The notes under the pieces are model-generated. The model searched no databases. It was not told where the DNA came from and saw only the letters and a program-made list of their open reading frames with translations. Below are positions 21,115 to 32,493 of a DNA stretch of 64,000 bases, in pieces. The stretch comes from Williopsis jadinii (taxonomy: Eukaryota). Both the position numbers and the translations under genes were made by a program. The stretch's first letter is position 1. Every line of letters begins with the position of its first letter. The stretch covers positions 4,092,001 to 4,156,000 of the forward strand of contig AP024664.1 in assembly GCA_024346625.1 (NCBI GenBank), given 5' to 3'.

Positions 21115-24100
21115 TCACCAGGCAATCTTTGCTAAGAACGAGCTTGGTCTCATCCTGTTGTTGTACTTTCTGAGCTCATCCCATATCATCAACAAGGCAC
21201 CAAAGGCGCACGCTATGAGATAGTTCTTCCATGGGACAACCCCCGTGCCGATGTTCTGTTGAAACCATGGAATATAGTTGAAGAAGAAGGTGACTCCAAG
21301 CGCAAAGCACATTGCTGGGATCATGGCCAGGTTCTTTGTTTCACCGTGGATTGGGCTTTGATGGAATACACTGGCAGTCCTCGTTCTAACACACATCAGA
21401 TTGAAGAGTTGCAAGATGACCAGTGTTACGAAGTATATGGATGAAGCTGTGCTCAACAGCCTAGCCACCTTTTCTGAGTCTATGCCATCAGGGTACTGTC
21501 CGAAGGACATCACCAATGCAGAGAATGGCACACCGTGCTCCTGGTAGTAAAGAAAGGACATCATCATGGCAACGAAGGTATCATATGTTCCAACGATGAA
21601 GTAGAAGTTCAGCAGAAGCTTCCAGTCGACGATTGTTTCTCCAGTGATGCTCCTTGGTTTCTTTAGAAGGAGTTGCTTCTCTGGCTTTTCATAGGCCAGC
21701 GTTATGGCAGAACCACAGTCAGTGAGACAAGAGATCATTATCATACAGAACGACGAGAGCATCTGTGGTGCGCCGAATAGAACGTTGAACAGGACAGCCC
21801 ACAGCTCAGCAAATGTGCCAGCAGGAAGGAGGTAGGCAATGGTCTTTCTCAAGTTCTCAAACACCAAACGACCATACTTCAAAGCCATGACGATTGATGA
21901 GAAGGAGTCCAGAAGAACAAGATCAGCCGATTCCTTTGCGATGTCAGAGCCTTCAGCCATGGCTATACCGACATCTGCCTGTCTCAAAGACGGTGCGTCG
22001 TTGACACCGTCACCAGTCATAGCAACAACATGGCTTCTCTTTTGAAACTCCTCAACTATCTTCAGCTTTTGCTCTGGAGTAGTTCTGGAGAAGACAATCT
22101 CTGCGAAGCAGGTCAGGTGTTCCCATTGGTTGTCATTCAGGTTGTTGAGATCACCACTGCGGATTGAAATTGCCTCATCAATGACCCTTCTCTCAGATAG
22201 ACGGCAGTTTACTATCTCAAACTGTGGGTCCAGGGTCTCCATTGTGTTGATGGTAGTGTGAGTGACGATACCACACATACGGGCAATTGCAATGGCTGTT
22301 GGCTCCATATCGCCTGTGACCATGTTCACTCTGATTCCAGCATTGTGCAATGTCGTGACAACGTCCAGGATATCATCCTTTGGTGGATCAGCAATTCCAA
22401 CAAGTCCAGCCAAAACGAGGTCTTGAGATTCAGATAAAAGCGTATCTGTTGTTTCTTTGGAACTGAAGCCGCAAGAGCTGAACCTCGAGTAGGAGAGCTT
22501 CTTATAGGCCAATAGAACCACTCTTTGACCCTCACTTGCCCATTTATCCTGGATCGTGTCGATACAGCGAAGATGCTCAATAGTCAATGGTAAGACGTCA
22601 CCATCCGCAGTGAGTATTTTGGAACACTTGTTAATGAGAATATCCGGTGCACCTTTGATCATGAACTCCAATTCACTTCCATCCTCATAGAGTCTGACCA
22701 TGAACTTGTTACTCGAGTTGAAAGATATCTCACTCTTCAATTGCATGGACATATCGTCCTCGGAAAGCTCATACCCAAACCTATAGATAGCTTGATCAGT
22801 TGCGTTGCCAGATATGACTCTCTCATTCAGTGGTCTTGATAGAGTTGTTGGGTCAAAGACTGAAGAATTGCAGAGCTTTGAGAGTTGAGACACCTTCCAC
22901 TGACCTTTGGTACAGGTTTGTGGATCCAATATTGCACAGCCGACGGAGTGTGATACAACAGACATCTTGTTCTTCGTCAGTGTACCCGTTTTGTCTGAAC
23001 ATAGAACACTGACTGATCCCAAGGTTTCAACAATGTTCAACGACTTGCACAGGATCTTGTTCTTCTTCATCACTCCAGCAGTAATCATGAGACATGTGGT
23101 TAGTGCAATGGGCAGACCTTCAGGAATAAAAGAGACAAAGACCGAGACCAGATCGACAATGAGCTCTGGGACGTTGATCCATTCTGGGTAATGCTTCCTG
23201 AGGTATGCTCCCCAAACAATGCACACTATCACCAGGAGGATAAGCATCACCAGCACAATGCACACAACAAACCTGATAATATCTCTTTGGAGAGGACTGG
23301 TGCCCTTCTTGGGGTCTGAAGAGAGCCGAGCTATCTGACCAAAGACTGTGTTATCACCAGTAGCCACAACGAGACCACAACCTGAGCCCCCAACGCAAAA
23401 TGTTCCTTGCAGACCTATGGAGCATGACTCCAAGTAGTTGGAGTCCTTAGAGTCTGCTTTCACTGTGGCATGTATAGGTTTGGATTCACCTGTCAAGATT
23501 GATCTGTCGAACGAAAACTCACTTGACTCACTGGAAACGAAACGGACATCAGCAGGCAGCCTGTCACCGTTCTTGATGAGGATCAAGTCACCAGGAACCA
23601 GGTCTTTTGCCTCACAAGTGGTGAAGAGACCGTTTCTGATTGCCGGAACCGTTGATGGGATCATGCTGTTGATTGATTTCATCACCTGGGAAGACGAAAA
23701 GTCCTGCCAAAAGTTGAAGAAGGCCTGTAATAGAAAGACCATCAACAACACAACACCAAGGACCAAGTTCGCCAACGAAGGGTTTGGATTACCCAGTGGC
23801 TTCCAGCAGATGCAGCACAGGATCCCACCAACCATCAGCAGAAGACCAAAGCCACCAAAGAAGTAGACGATGATCTTCTTCAGCCAGTTTGTTCTGGGTG
23901 GTGATAGAACATTGGCACCGAACTCCTTACAATGCTCACGATACTGAGCATCACACAGACCATTCTTGAGATCTGTAGACAACGACTTTGCAACCTCAGC
24001 TGCACTTTGACAATGCCAGGTATTCTGTTTGAACGAGCGGGCACTTTTATCAATCTTTGACCTTTCAAGAGCCTCTGTTTCATCATCGACTTTATACGAC

Positions 24101-24339
24101 AGAGTCTTGAAGATTGGTGGGAGTGCAACCTGTGGCTCAACGTGCTTTCTGATATCAAGCGAGGACACTGTTGAGGAAACAGAGAGGTGTCTTGACAACG
24201 CTGGTCTCGGTGCTCTGCCTGCAATGTTGACGGAAGAATCGAACTGAACAGCCACATGTGGGTCTGTCTTAATGTCCTCCTCAGTCGAGTCGGACGTTTC
24301 GAACTTGCACAGGCTCTCGGACATTTGTATAGAGGGCAT
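21115..24339 (-). CDS. P-type cation ATPase, Na/K-ATPase-like (fungal ACU type)
   Basis: LTGES, FIPEGLP, CSDKTGTLT, KGAPD, MVTGD, FSRTTPEQKLKIVE, TGDGVNDAPSL, C-terminal FLAKIAW; start could be 24324. Confidence 0.85.
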   Translation of the reverse strand: MPSIQMSESLCKFETSDSTEEDIKTDPHVAVQFDSSVNIAGRAPRPALSRHLSVSSTVSSLDIRKHVEPQVALPPIFKTLSYKVDDETEALERSKIDKSARSFKQNTWHCQSAAEVAKSLSTDLKNGLCDAQYREHCKEFGANVLSPPRTNWLKKIIVYFFGGFGLLLMVGGILCCICWKPLGNPNPSLANLVLGVVLLMVFLLQAFFNFWQDFSSSQVMKSINSMIPSTVPAIRNGLFTTCEAKDLVPGDLILIKNGDRLPADVRFVSSESSEFSFDRSILTGESKPIHATVKADSKDSNYLESCSIGLQGTFCVGGSGCGLVVATGDNTVFGQIARLSSDPKKGTSPLQRDIIRFVVCIVLVMLILLVIVCIVWGAYLRKHYPEWINVPELIVDLVSVFVSFIPEGLPIALTTCLMITAGVMKKNKILCKSLNIVETLGSVSVLCSDKTGTLTKNKMSVVSHSVGCAILDPQTCTKGQWKVSQLSKLCNSSVFDPTTLSRPLNERVISGNATDQAIYRFGYELSEDDMSMQLKSEISFNSSNKFMVRLYEDGSELEFMIKGAPDILINKCSKILTADGDVLPLTIEHLRCIDTIQDKWASEGQRVVLLAYKKLSYSRFSSCGFSSKETTDTLLSESQDLVLAGLVGIADPPKDDILDVVTTLHNAGIRVNMVTGDMEPTAIAIARMCGIVTHTTINTMETLDPQFEIVNCRLSERRVIDEAISIRSGDLNNLNDNQWEHLTCFAEIVFSRTTPEQKLKIVEEFQKRSHVVAMTGDGVNDAPSLRQADVGIAMAEGSDIAKESADLVLLDSFSSIVMALKYGRLVFENLRKTIAYLLPAGTFAELWAVLFNVLFGAPQMLSSFCMIMISCLTDCGSAITLAYEKPEKQLLLKKPRSITGETIVDWKLLLNFYFIVGTYDTFVAMMMSFLYYQEHGVPFSALVMSFGQYPDGIDSEKVARLLSTASSIYFVTLVILQLFNLMCVRTRTASVFHQSPIHGETKNLAMIPAMCFALGVTFFFNYIPWFQQNIGTGVVPWKNYLIACAFGALLMIWDELRKYNNRMRPSSFLAKIAW

Positions 24340-24471
24340 TTGTATAGAGGACCTCGACGCTGAGTTCTATGATACTACACTACACAGGACGAAGCACCCA
24401 CAACCACGAGACAGATCAGCTCCATTTTATACACCACGGGGAAGCTGTGTGCTGTGACTGCTATCCAACCA

Positions 24472-24520
24472 AGGGCTATTCTCTGAGGGCTAATCTCTGA
24501 GGGCTACTTCTCTGAGGGCT
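24472..24520. repeat. TCTCTGAGGGCT x3 tandem repeat in the ATPase promoter
   Basis: Directly visible. Confidence 0.7.
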
Positions 24521-25472
24521 TTCCCTGTTCTCCATGGCTCTTCCCTTCCACACTGGCCAATGAAAACCCTTCCCTGCCCCCTTTTCCCTCTCCATCCCTC
24601 CACTCGTCAAACTCCATCGCCATACAACGAGATGAACCACAGCAGTCCCACACAGGCCATCCCAGAGTAATTATTAGTCTCTACGTGTAAACCAAGGAAC
24701 ATCGAAACCAAAACACTGATGCATCTCGAGCATACGCCATTATGTCCATGACGTCAAACAGCGAGAAGGCGGACAGAAATTGAAGCACAGGCACACAACC
24801 GTTAAAACCACTCCAGCAGCAGATCACAATGCCGTGATATGATTGGATGATGCCGTCGAACTTGCACTGCAGCAGATCGTCACCAAACTGAGGGATTTTT
24901 GTTGTGATGGAGTTGTGACTGCGATTCCATCTCATCGTGCTGGCTGTGTGCTGTGCTGTGCACCAGGCCTCTTAATCATGAGCTCAGCCCACACGTTGCT
25001 TCTTCTGGCGAGCGTAGTGTGTAGCAGCTACACACGGAGGCTTCGTAGATGCCATAGCAGTGGCAGTTTGAGCGATTTGCTCCTCGTGCTATTGGCCAGA
25101 TGTGTCACACCACTGGTGGAGATGGTGGGCAGTGGTGAGCACTGGTGCTGGGCTTGTTAGAGGCGAGGAGTACACGGAAAAGAGGCAATACACAGCCAAT
25201 TGGACCACCAGGTGGCAGCTGGAGCACGCTTGAGCACGCTGGAGCACGTTGGCGGGCTTCTACAGCGTTCTACAGGCTTTATAGTGCAAATCTCATCGAT
25301 TCCCACGGTGTGTGTAGCGGCGATCCACCAATGGTGGCCGAAGTGTGTTGCGATTGCCCCATTGGGAAGTCAACACACACACGTAAAACTTTCACGCATA
25401 CGCTGCGAAGCCTAAGACGGTGCGAGCCATAGGGCAAGCACCCTTTCAAGACTCAATTGGTGTTGATTTTGT

Positions 25473-27014
25473 ATGGCGATGGAGTGTTCGAGTGAGTGAT
25501 TTGCCCCTTTAGACGATGTTCCTGTTTCGTTGACTTACTAACAGCACTGGCTAGTTTCCGGTAAAAGGGCTGAGCAGCCCGTGGTGTCGCCAAAGAGTGG
25601 TGCTGTGTTCGAGAAGACCTTGGTGGAACAGTACATTGCGGAACACCATAAGGACCCGATCACTGACGATCCCCTTGAGCTGACGGAGCTGATTGAGATC
25701 CGTCCTTCTTCGTACCAGCCTCCGCGTAACGGGACGCTGAATTCGATTCCGTCGTTGCTGAGTGCCTTGCAGAACGAATGGGACTCTGTAGCGTTGGAGC
25801 TGTTCCAGTTGAGGAAGCAGTTGGACCAGACGAGAAAGGAGCTATCGACTGCTCTATATCATCACGATGCAGCCATGAGGGTTGCTGCAAAGGCCATCAG
25901 CGAGAGAGACGAGGCCAGAAAGGCGTTGTCGGACCTGAGTACCTCTATCAGCCAGGCCACCACCACCACTGATGTTGCAAACGAGGATGCACAGATGAGG
26001 GATTCTGAACCATCCACAACGACCAAGATCCCTCAAGAGTTTGCTGATTTGATTCAGCAAGAGGGCACAAGACTCTTTGAGCTTCACAAATCTGTTAAAA
26101 AGCCCAAAGTTAACGTCTCACTCTCAAACGAGCTGTCCCATATATCAACACAATCGTTGGAGAAGAAACCGTTCAAATCTGTCGTTTCCACTGCCGTCAC
26201 TGAGAGCGACATCTTTGTGATGTCAAGCACAGGCCTGGTGCAGAGATACGACTCTTCTTCAGACTCGTATGAAAAGGTCAACCATCCAAAGGTTGCGCAC
26301 GCTCTTGCACTGGTCGATAGTAACGGCCAAATAGTTTACGGTGCCAAAAACGGACACATAGTTGCTGGTGATAGAAAGATCCAGGCTCCAATGGGAGACG
26401 TACAGATCCTTTTAGCACATCCATCGTTACACAACCTGGTGGTTGCGATTGATCCAAAGGGCTCGTTCCATGTGATTGACACCGAGCGTGGTGTCGATGT
26501 GTTTGCCCTGGAGCTTGAGAAGCCTGTCTTGTCCGCTGCATTCCACATAGATGGTGTGCTGGTCGCAGTTGGATGTAAAGACGGTGACATTGTGCTAGTG
26601 GATCTATCACAGGGAGATGTCAAGCCTTTGGCTCAAGGCTCTGGAGACGTTAATGAGGTGAAGTTTAGTAACAACGGTTACCATCTGTTTGCAGTGTACT
26701 CTGGGGATAACAGCAACAGCAGCAGCTCTCAGCTGGGTGTCTGGGACTTGAGACATCAAAGCATACAGACATACGACGTTTCGTTCCCAGTCAAGAAGGT
26801 CCTGGTCGATAAGTCTGCTCAGTTGTGTATCATCATTGGTTCAGGTCGACTACTAGTGGCTCAGTACTCGAAGAAGGCAAAGAGCTGGACGTTCAAGACC
26901 GATTTGGACGCTCCAAACGCTGTGGACGGTCTCCTGGTGGAGTCACAGGACGAGCAGCTACAATTGGTCGTCGTAACATCCAATTCTTCATTGGAAAAGA
27001 TGGTTATAAGTTGA
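25473..27014 (+). CDS. PRP19: U-box/WD40 splicing factor Prp19; intron 25492-25554
   Basis: Spliced N-terminus (MA)MECSISGKRAEQPVVSPKSGAVFEK (U-box), SIPSLLSALQNEWD, RKELSTALYHHDAA; intron GTGAGT..TACTAAC..TAG. Confidence 0.93.
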
Positions 27015-27144
27015 AATGGATATGTATTATATATAGCACAATGGAAAAAAGGCTAATAAATACCTAATTAGGAAATTACCGTTTGAGGAAATGACAACTC
27101 GCTTACATAATGCTTACGTAATACTTGACCTAACGCTTACGTAA

Positions 27145-27177
27145 CTCATCGCACAAATTTTCCATGCGGGCTCATCT
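27145..27177. promoter_or_regulatory. PAC (CTCATC) x2 and RRPE-like AAATTTT upstream of UTP7
   Basis: Ribosome-biogenesis promoter elements next to a ribi gene. Confidence 0.6.
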
Positions 27178-27256
27178 CGAGAAACTTTTTCCACTTTGAT
27201 CTTTTACCCTTTTGAAGCAGTTTATAGAGGAATAAGTGCGGTTTGAGAGGTCGATC

Positions 27257-28843
27257 ATGGGTAAATTCACCGGGAAGAATGGGTCAGTGGACCATGAGAA
27301 CCAGTCCAAGTTTGAGCGAGACCCAAACGGTGGTAAGAAGTCTGGTAGAAGACCAAAGGACTTCAGGACAAGACAACGTATGAACAAGATTGATGACCAG
27401 TACAAGGAGGCTGTGAGATCTGCTGCTGCTACGGAGATGCTGTTGCAAGAGGATGCTGGGTACCTGGAGGCGGAAGGTATGGAGAAGACGTTCAAGTTCA
27501 AGCAGGATGAGATCAAGCAAGCAGTTGATGAGTCCACTGCCAACAAGGCGTTCCAGTTGGACTTGAAAGAGTTTGGGCCTTATACACTGGACTACTCCAG
27601 AAATGGTACCCATTTACTCATAGGTGGTGAGAAGGGCCATGTCGCATCCATGGACTGGCGCAAAGGTGAGCTTCGGGCCGAATTGCACCTAGGAGAAACA
27701 GTCAACGCCGTGAAGTATTTGCACAATGAGCAGTTCTTTGCAGTTGCGCAGAAGAAGTATACGTTCATCTACGATCATGAAGGAACAGAAGTACACAGAC
27801 TGAAACAGCATGTTGAAATCAAGCACCTAGAGTTTTTGCCATATCATTATCTTCTTGCCACCAGTGGTAACTCTGGGTTTCTAAAGTACCAGGACACATC
27901 AACAGGTGTTCTTGTAAACGAGATAAGAACCAAACTGGGGCCAACGCAGTCAATGACGCAGAACCCATGGAATGCCGTTATACACCTGGGCTCAGCTACC
28001 GGTGTTGTGTCTCTTTGGTCCCCTGCTGCCAATGAACCACTCGTGAAGATCCAAGCATGTCGAGGACCGGTAAAGGCCATCGGTGTTGATAGATCAGGCC
28101 ATTACATGGCCGTTGCTGGTGCTGACAAGTCGCTAAAGATCTGGGATGTTAGACAGTTCAAGGAGGTATATTCATACTACACACCAACGCCGGCGTCGAG
28201 TATATCCATCGCTGACACAGGTGTCTTATCCGTGAGTTGGGGTCCGCATGTCACAGTGTGGAAAGATGCCTTCAGAACCAAGCAAGACTCACCATATATG
28301 AACCACATGATTCCAGGATCCAGAATCAACACCATAAGACATGTTCCATTCGAAGATATCCTTGGTGTCGGTCATACAAGTGGTGTTTCCTCGCTGATCA
28401 TTCCTGGCTCTGGTGAGGCGAACTTCGATTCAATGGAGGTTAACCCATTCGAGACAGCCAAACAGAGACAAGAAACAGAGGTTCGCTCGCTGCTCAACAA
28501 GCTCCCGGCAGATTCCATTGCTCTGGATCCAAACTTCATCGGTACGGTGGACAAGAGATCCAATGCTCAGAGGTTGAAACCTCATGAATTGGAAGAGCTC
28601 ACCAAGAAGAAGAAACTGGAAGAAGAGTCGAAGCTGGAACCAAGACCAACTGTTAGAGGTAAGAACTCTGCATTGCGTCGTCACATGAGAAAGAGACAGC
28701 AGAATGTTATCGATGAGAGAAAGCTGAGATTAGAGGCCAATTTGAAGAGGGAGAAAGAACTAAGGGCACAGATGATTAGAAAGCAAAAGGGACTGCCAGA
28801 GGAGAAAGAGCTCTTGGGACCTGCGTTGGCGAGATTCAAGTAA
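27257..28843 (+). CDS. UTP7: U3 snoRNP WD40/BING4CT protein Utp7
   Basis: GPYTLDYSRNG, FAVAQKKYTFIYD, LEFLPYHYLL, PFEDILGVGH, PGSGEANFD, NPFETAKQRQETEV, ALARFK. Confidence 0.95.
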   Translation: MGKFTGKNGSVDHENQSKFERDPNGGKKSGRRPKDFRTRQRMNKIDDQYKEAVRSAAATEMLLQEDAGYLEAEGMEKTFKFKQDEIKQAVDESTANKAFQLDLKEFGPYTLDYSRNGTHLLIGGEKGHVASMDWRKGELRAELHLGETVNAVKYLHNEQFFAVAQKKYTFIYDHEGTEVHRLKQHVEIKHLEFLPYHYLLATSGNSGFLKYQDTSTGVLVNEIRTKLGPTQSMTQNPWNAVIHLGSATGVVSLWSPAANEPLVKIQACRGPVKAIGVDRSGHYMAVAGADKSLKIWDVRQFKEVYSYYTPTPASSISIADTGVLSVSWGPHVTVWKDAFRTKQDSPYMNHMIPGSRINTIRHVPFEDILGVGHTSGVSSLIIPGSGEANFDSMEVNPFETAKQRQETEVRSLLNKLPADSIALDPNFIGTVDKRSNAQRLKPHELEELTKKKKLEEESKLEPRPTVRGKNSALRRHMRKRQQNVIDERKLRLEANLKREKELRAQMIRKQKGLPEEKELLGPALARFK

Positions 28844-28889
28844 TTGGTATAAATTAGTGTATGGAAGACGAATCACCCTGTATTTACTA

Positions 28890-30773
28890 TCAAGTGTAGT
28901 AGAAGTTTGACGACAGACTCTCCAAGAACTCCAGCGAGGCCTCATCACCATCGACGTTAACGGCATCCTCTGAAGACGGTGATTCGTCACCATCAAAGTT
29001 CAGCAGTTGGACAGTCTTTCGAACTTCGAAAAGCCTATTGATCTGCTGATTCAGATCCTTTGAAAGCTTCGTGTAGTTCCCCAACAGCAGGTTCAAGCCA
29101 TCCACCCAGGCTAGAGAGTCCGTCTTCTTAGCAAAGAACGTGAACAACGGCTTGTTCTTCCTGTTTATCAGGGTGATTCGGTGGATAACGGTGTTATCAA
29201 CGAGGTTAACCATCCTTGAGTTAGTCTCATATTGACGTGAATCACCATCGGAATATGGAATCTCTGCGATTTTGAAGTGAGCAATGGAGCTCACAGGGAT
29301 GGCATGACCAGACTTGTCGATGTTTGGATGACGAGGCAAGATCTTATCAAATTGCTTGAACAACAGCTGGGTGAAGTTTGGTGACAAGATGATAAAGTAA
29401 TAGCTCGAAGATGTCTGCGATGAGTTCTTGAACGAAGGAGTCTCTGCGTACACCCACGAACCCTTAGACAGTTGTAAGAATCTTTGATGCTTTACGAAAT
29501 CAAACACCTGCTCTTTCAAGATTAAGTCGAAAGAGACCATTTCATCACTGGTTGATTCATCGATATGCTCCTTAAAATTATCCAGTTGGATTTGACGGAG
29601 GTCATGGTATGTCAGCGATTTGAACTCGGATTGAATCTTCAGGCCAATATCAATCTCACCATGCTCAATAGAACCTTCAATATACTGTAAGATTATGGAG
29701 AGCAAGGGTAGCAGATTATCAACATCCTCCAGCTCTGCCTGTGACTCGATCCAAACATCGAGGAACTTTGCAATCATATTGTAATGTAAGATGTCACGAA
29801 TGAAGACATTTTGACTTAGCTTGGGATACGTCTCGGTGTCTTTAGTGTACATCGACAGGATGATATCGGTGACCTTAGCAGACACAATAGAGATGGGGAA
29901 TACTTGTTCCTTTTCCAGAGTGAACAGCAATTGTTGATGGTACTCCTTTTTGAAAGAAATGTTATGAGATTCCAAGAAGGAGAACAGGTCGAGCAACTGC
30001 AGCACGGAGAAATGCTCCCTGATGAACTCCCTCTCATCATCTCTTGAAGTCTTTGCAAGGTCGTTACAAACCTCCGAGATGATTTCATCTTGGAAGGTTG
30101 ATTCGTCAGATAGTGGAATTCTGCTCAGTTTCTCTAATGCTTGAAGAATGGACTTCATAACGCCATCGATTGCAGCATGAACGTTTCCATTGAACCTCGA
30201 GTCCGTGGTGAAGTTTCCCACGAGGTAGTAGAAGTCACATTTACCCAGAGTTAAAAGGAACTCCAGTAAATGGCTCAAAGATTGAATCCCAATATGGTCA
30301 ATGTTGATGTAGCTTTGCACGAAGCTGGCAATCTTGATAATAAGATCGGCGTTTCCTGTGTACATCTTCAAGGTCAGTAGGCGTAGCACGTGTCCATTGG
30401 AGTTCATAGCGTTCAAAAAGGGAACCAAATACGCTTCCTCTTGTGTTGTTTCAAACAGTCTTCCAGAGAGGAATGTTAGCAGTATCCGCAACACCGCAAC
30501 ATACAATTCCACAGGGCTCGACTTCGACAGAGCCTTGAGGATTCCATCAAACAACGCCTCATCGAAGAAGCCCTCGAAGCCATCGTTTGGCTTGCTCAAA
30601 TGTAGCACAACTTGAAGAGCAATGATGGCTTTGGCCTTGTCCTGGCCGTGGAGAATGAGCTCTTTCAGGTCAGATGAGCACTGCTTCGACGTTGCTTCGT
30701 CCAAATAAGTGTTGGCCAGCTTGTGCTTTTCGACAAGCTGTTCTATGCTCGTCACAGATGGTACGATGGTCAT
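28890..30773 (-). CDS. LMO1: ELMO/PH-domain protein Lmo1-like
   Basis: FPISIVSAKVT (ELMO-like), QRFLQLSKGSW, LSPNFTQL, WVDGLNLLL (ELMO PH domain); near DRS1 as in S. cerevisiae. Confidence 0.7.
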   Translation of the reverse strand: MTIVPSVTSIEQLVEKHKLANTYLDEATSKQCSSDLKELILHGQDKAKAIIALQVVLHLSKPNDGFEGFFDEALFDGILKALSKSSPVELYVAVLRILLTFLSGRLFETTQEEAYLVPFLNAMNSNGHVLRLLTLKMYTGNADLIIKIASFVQSYINIDHIGIQSLSHLLEFLLTLGKCDFYYLVGNFTTDSRFNGNVHAAIDGVMKSILQALEKLSRIPLSDESTFQDEIISEVCNDLAKTSRDDEREFIREHFSVLQLLDLFSFLESHNISFKKEYHQQLLFTLEKEQVFPISIVSAKVTDIILSMYTKDTETYPKLSQNVFIRDILHYNMIAKFLDVWIESQAELEDVDNLLPLLSIILQYIEGSIEHGEIDIGLKIQSEFKSLTYHDLRQIQLDNFKEHIDESTSDEMVSFDLILKEQVFDFVKHQRFLQLSKGSWVYAETPSFKNSSQTSSSYYFIILSPNFTQLLFKQFDKILPRHPNIDKSGHAIPVSSIAHFKIAEIPYSDGDSRQYETNSRMVNLVDNTVIHRITLINRKNKPLFTFFAKKTDSLAWVDGLNLLLGNYTKLSKDLNQQINRLFEVRKTVQLLNFDGDESPSSEDAVNVDGDEASLEFLESLSSNFYYT

Positions 30774-31590
30774 CGTCTTGCCCGTTCTCTGTCAGTTGAT
30801 CGAGCAAAATGGGATGTGTTGGTAGAGTGTTAATAGTGAAAAATGGAACGCCATAGCATGGGTATTAATGTTGGAAAGACGACAGTTTTGCCCGGAAAGG
30901 GTAATGGGAATGTGACGCGTGTTTTCCCAATACGGAAGTACGCGACGGCAATTGGCGAAGACAATTGTGTCGCTATATTTCCTAATAGAGGAATGGGCAT
31001 TTTGGTACTGGAGGCTTTGGAGGTTTTGGGAGTATTTGGTAACCGGTGTAGTTGGATTGGGCTTGGTGTAGCTGTGAACATGTGTGGTTTGTGTGAGTGC
31101 GTTTCTGTTTCATTCTATTGGGTATTTCTGTCCTTATATGGAGATCAATGAGGTAAAGGGCGTTGGAGGAGTTACCCGATTAGGCATATTTCGCAAAGGT
31201 TGTCCTCGAGGGAATGTGTCACATTACATCCACACACCACGATATAAGGACATGTCCTCGGATGAGCCCTCAGCAACTCAAATCAATCGATGTGAGAGGT
31301 CTCTCTTCGCTGTTGATCAGACCTCGTAATGTTAATAAACCATTCAGATGAGTCCTGATGAGCTACCAGCTCCGCTGAAATGAAATTTGTCTCTCAATAG
31401 GTGTTTAATTGGTGCTTCAAACACCTCATGCTGCTTCCAGTCGCAATTAGCCTTCTAAGATGAGGTCTTTCAGCAGCAGTGTAAAGAGAGGATTTCGGGA
31501 ACCATTGGTGCACAGTTCGTTCTTCTGAGTATTGAGAAGTGTATAAAAAGGTATGGACTTGCTCTTTCAGAACTTTTCTAATTTCTTCTG

Positions 31591-32424
31591 ATGGCGAACC
31601 ACCACCGCCCATTACTCTATCGTATCACAATGGCTATAGCACGCTTTGAGCGTAGAACGTTGTACCTTACAATATTCTTCATTGGTGCTTGTACGCTGAT
31701 CACGCTGTACATGTTCACTATACTCTACGCTGCAGATGATGCTGTGGATATAAGAGCCGTGTCAGAGTCTCCACTTCCAGGGACATTTATCAACAACATC
31801 ACAGCAACAAACTCAACATCCAGCACCTATATCTTCAGAGCCTTATCCAGAAGAATTTACCAATATAGAAGTGTACGCACTCACAGTGCATTGGATAGGC
31901 TTGATCTGTGGTTTCAGATAGGTTCTGTACCAACAACTACGTTTGATTATAGGGCCTTCATCCAGCTAGTCCAGCCTGGTGTCTCCGAAAACTACTTGCA
32001 ATCTCTCCCAAATACAAAGCCATATGTTGCCAGCATAAGGATCTTTGCTTATCTTCTCATGTTCTCCATGGCCAGCTCTTTCCTCATTCCATTGCTGATC
32101 ATTTCATTTTCCAGTAATTCATCCAAGATAGCTCATCATTTGGCCTATGTCACACAGCTACTCTTCCAAATCGTAACGGTCTTTCTCAGCATTATCATGC
32201 CTGCTTTGAAGAAGTATTTGTATTCAAAGATACAGTCCCCAGAAGTTTACACTGCTAGCGCTGGATTTCCCCTTTATTGGCTCGTTGCTGGTTCCAATAT
32301 TACATTATTGTTGGCAAATATCGCAGTTCCCTTCTACGATCAGTTTAGCTTTGAAAGAAAAGAGAAGAAGAGGTTGGATGTGATCAGAAATGCCAATCGT
32401 ATTCCAAGGATGGAGCAAGCTTGA
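31591..32424 (+). CDS. Hypothetical membrane protein, about 4 TM segments (Sur7/PalI-like topology)
   Basis: 277-aa ORF: N-terminal TM, luminal loop with N-x-S/T sites, three C-terminal TM segments; no recognised motif. Confidence 0.55.
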   Translation: MANHHRPLLYRITMAIARFERRTLYLTIFFIGACTLITLYMFTILYAADDAVDIRAVSESPLPGTFINNITATNSTSSTYIFRALSRRIYQYRSVRTHSALDRLDLWFQIGSVPTTTFDYRAFIQLVQPGVSENYLQSLPNTKPYVASIRIFAYLLMFSMASSFLIPLLIISFSSNSSKIAHHLAYVTQLLFQIVTVFLSIIMPALKKYLYSKIQSPEVYTASAGFPLYWLVAGSNITLLLANIAVPFYDQFSFERKEKKRLDVIRNANRIPRMEQA

Positions 32425-32493
32425 TTTACACTGGACAGTGTCGTCATTTATAATTAATACAATATATTTTGCTTATACAATGTGCTGATTATC

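Noticed and set aside
31355..31385. CTGATGA...GAAA resembling a hammerhead ribozyme core
   Set aside because: The GAGCT/AGCTC hairpin is out of register with GAAA, and I could not form stems I and III
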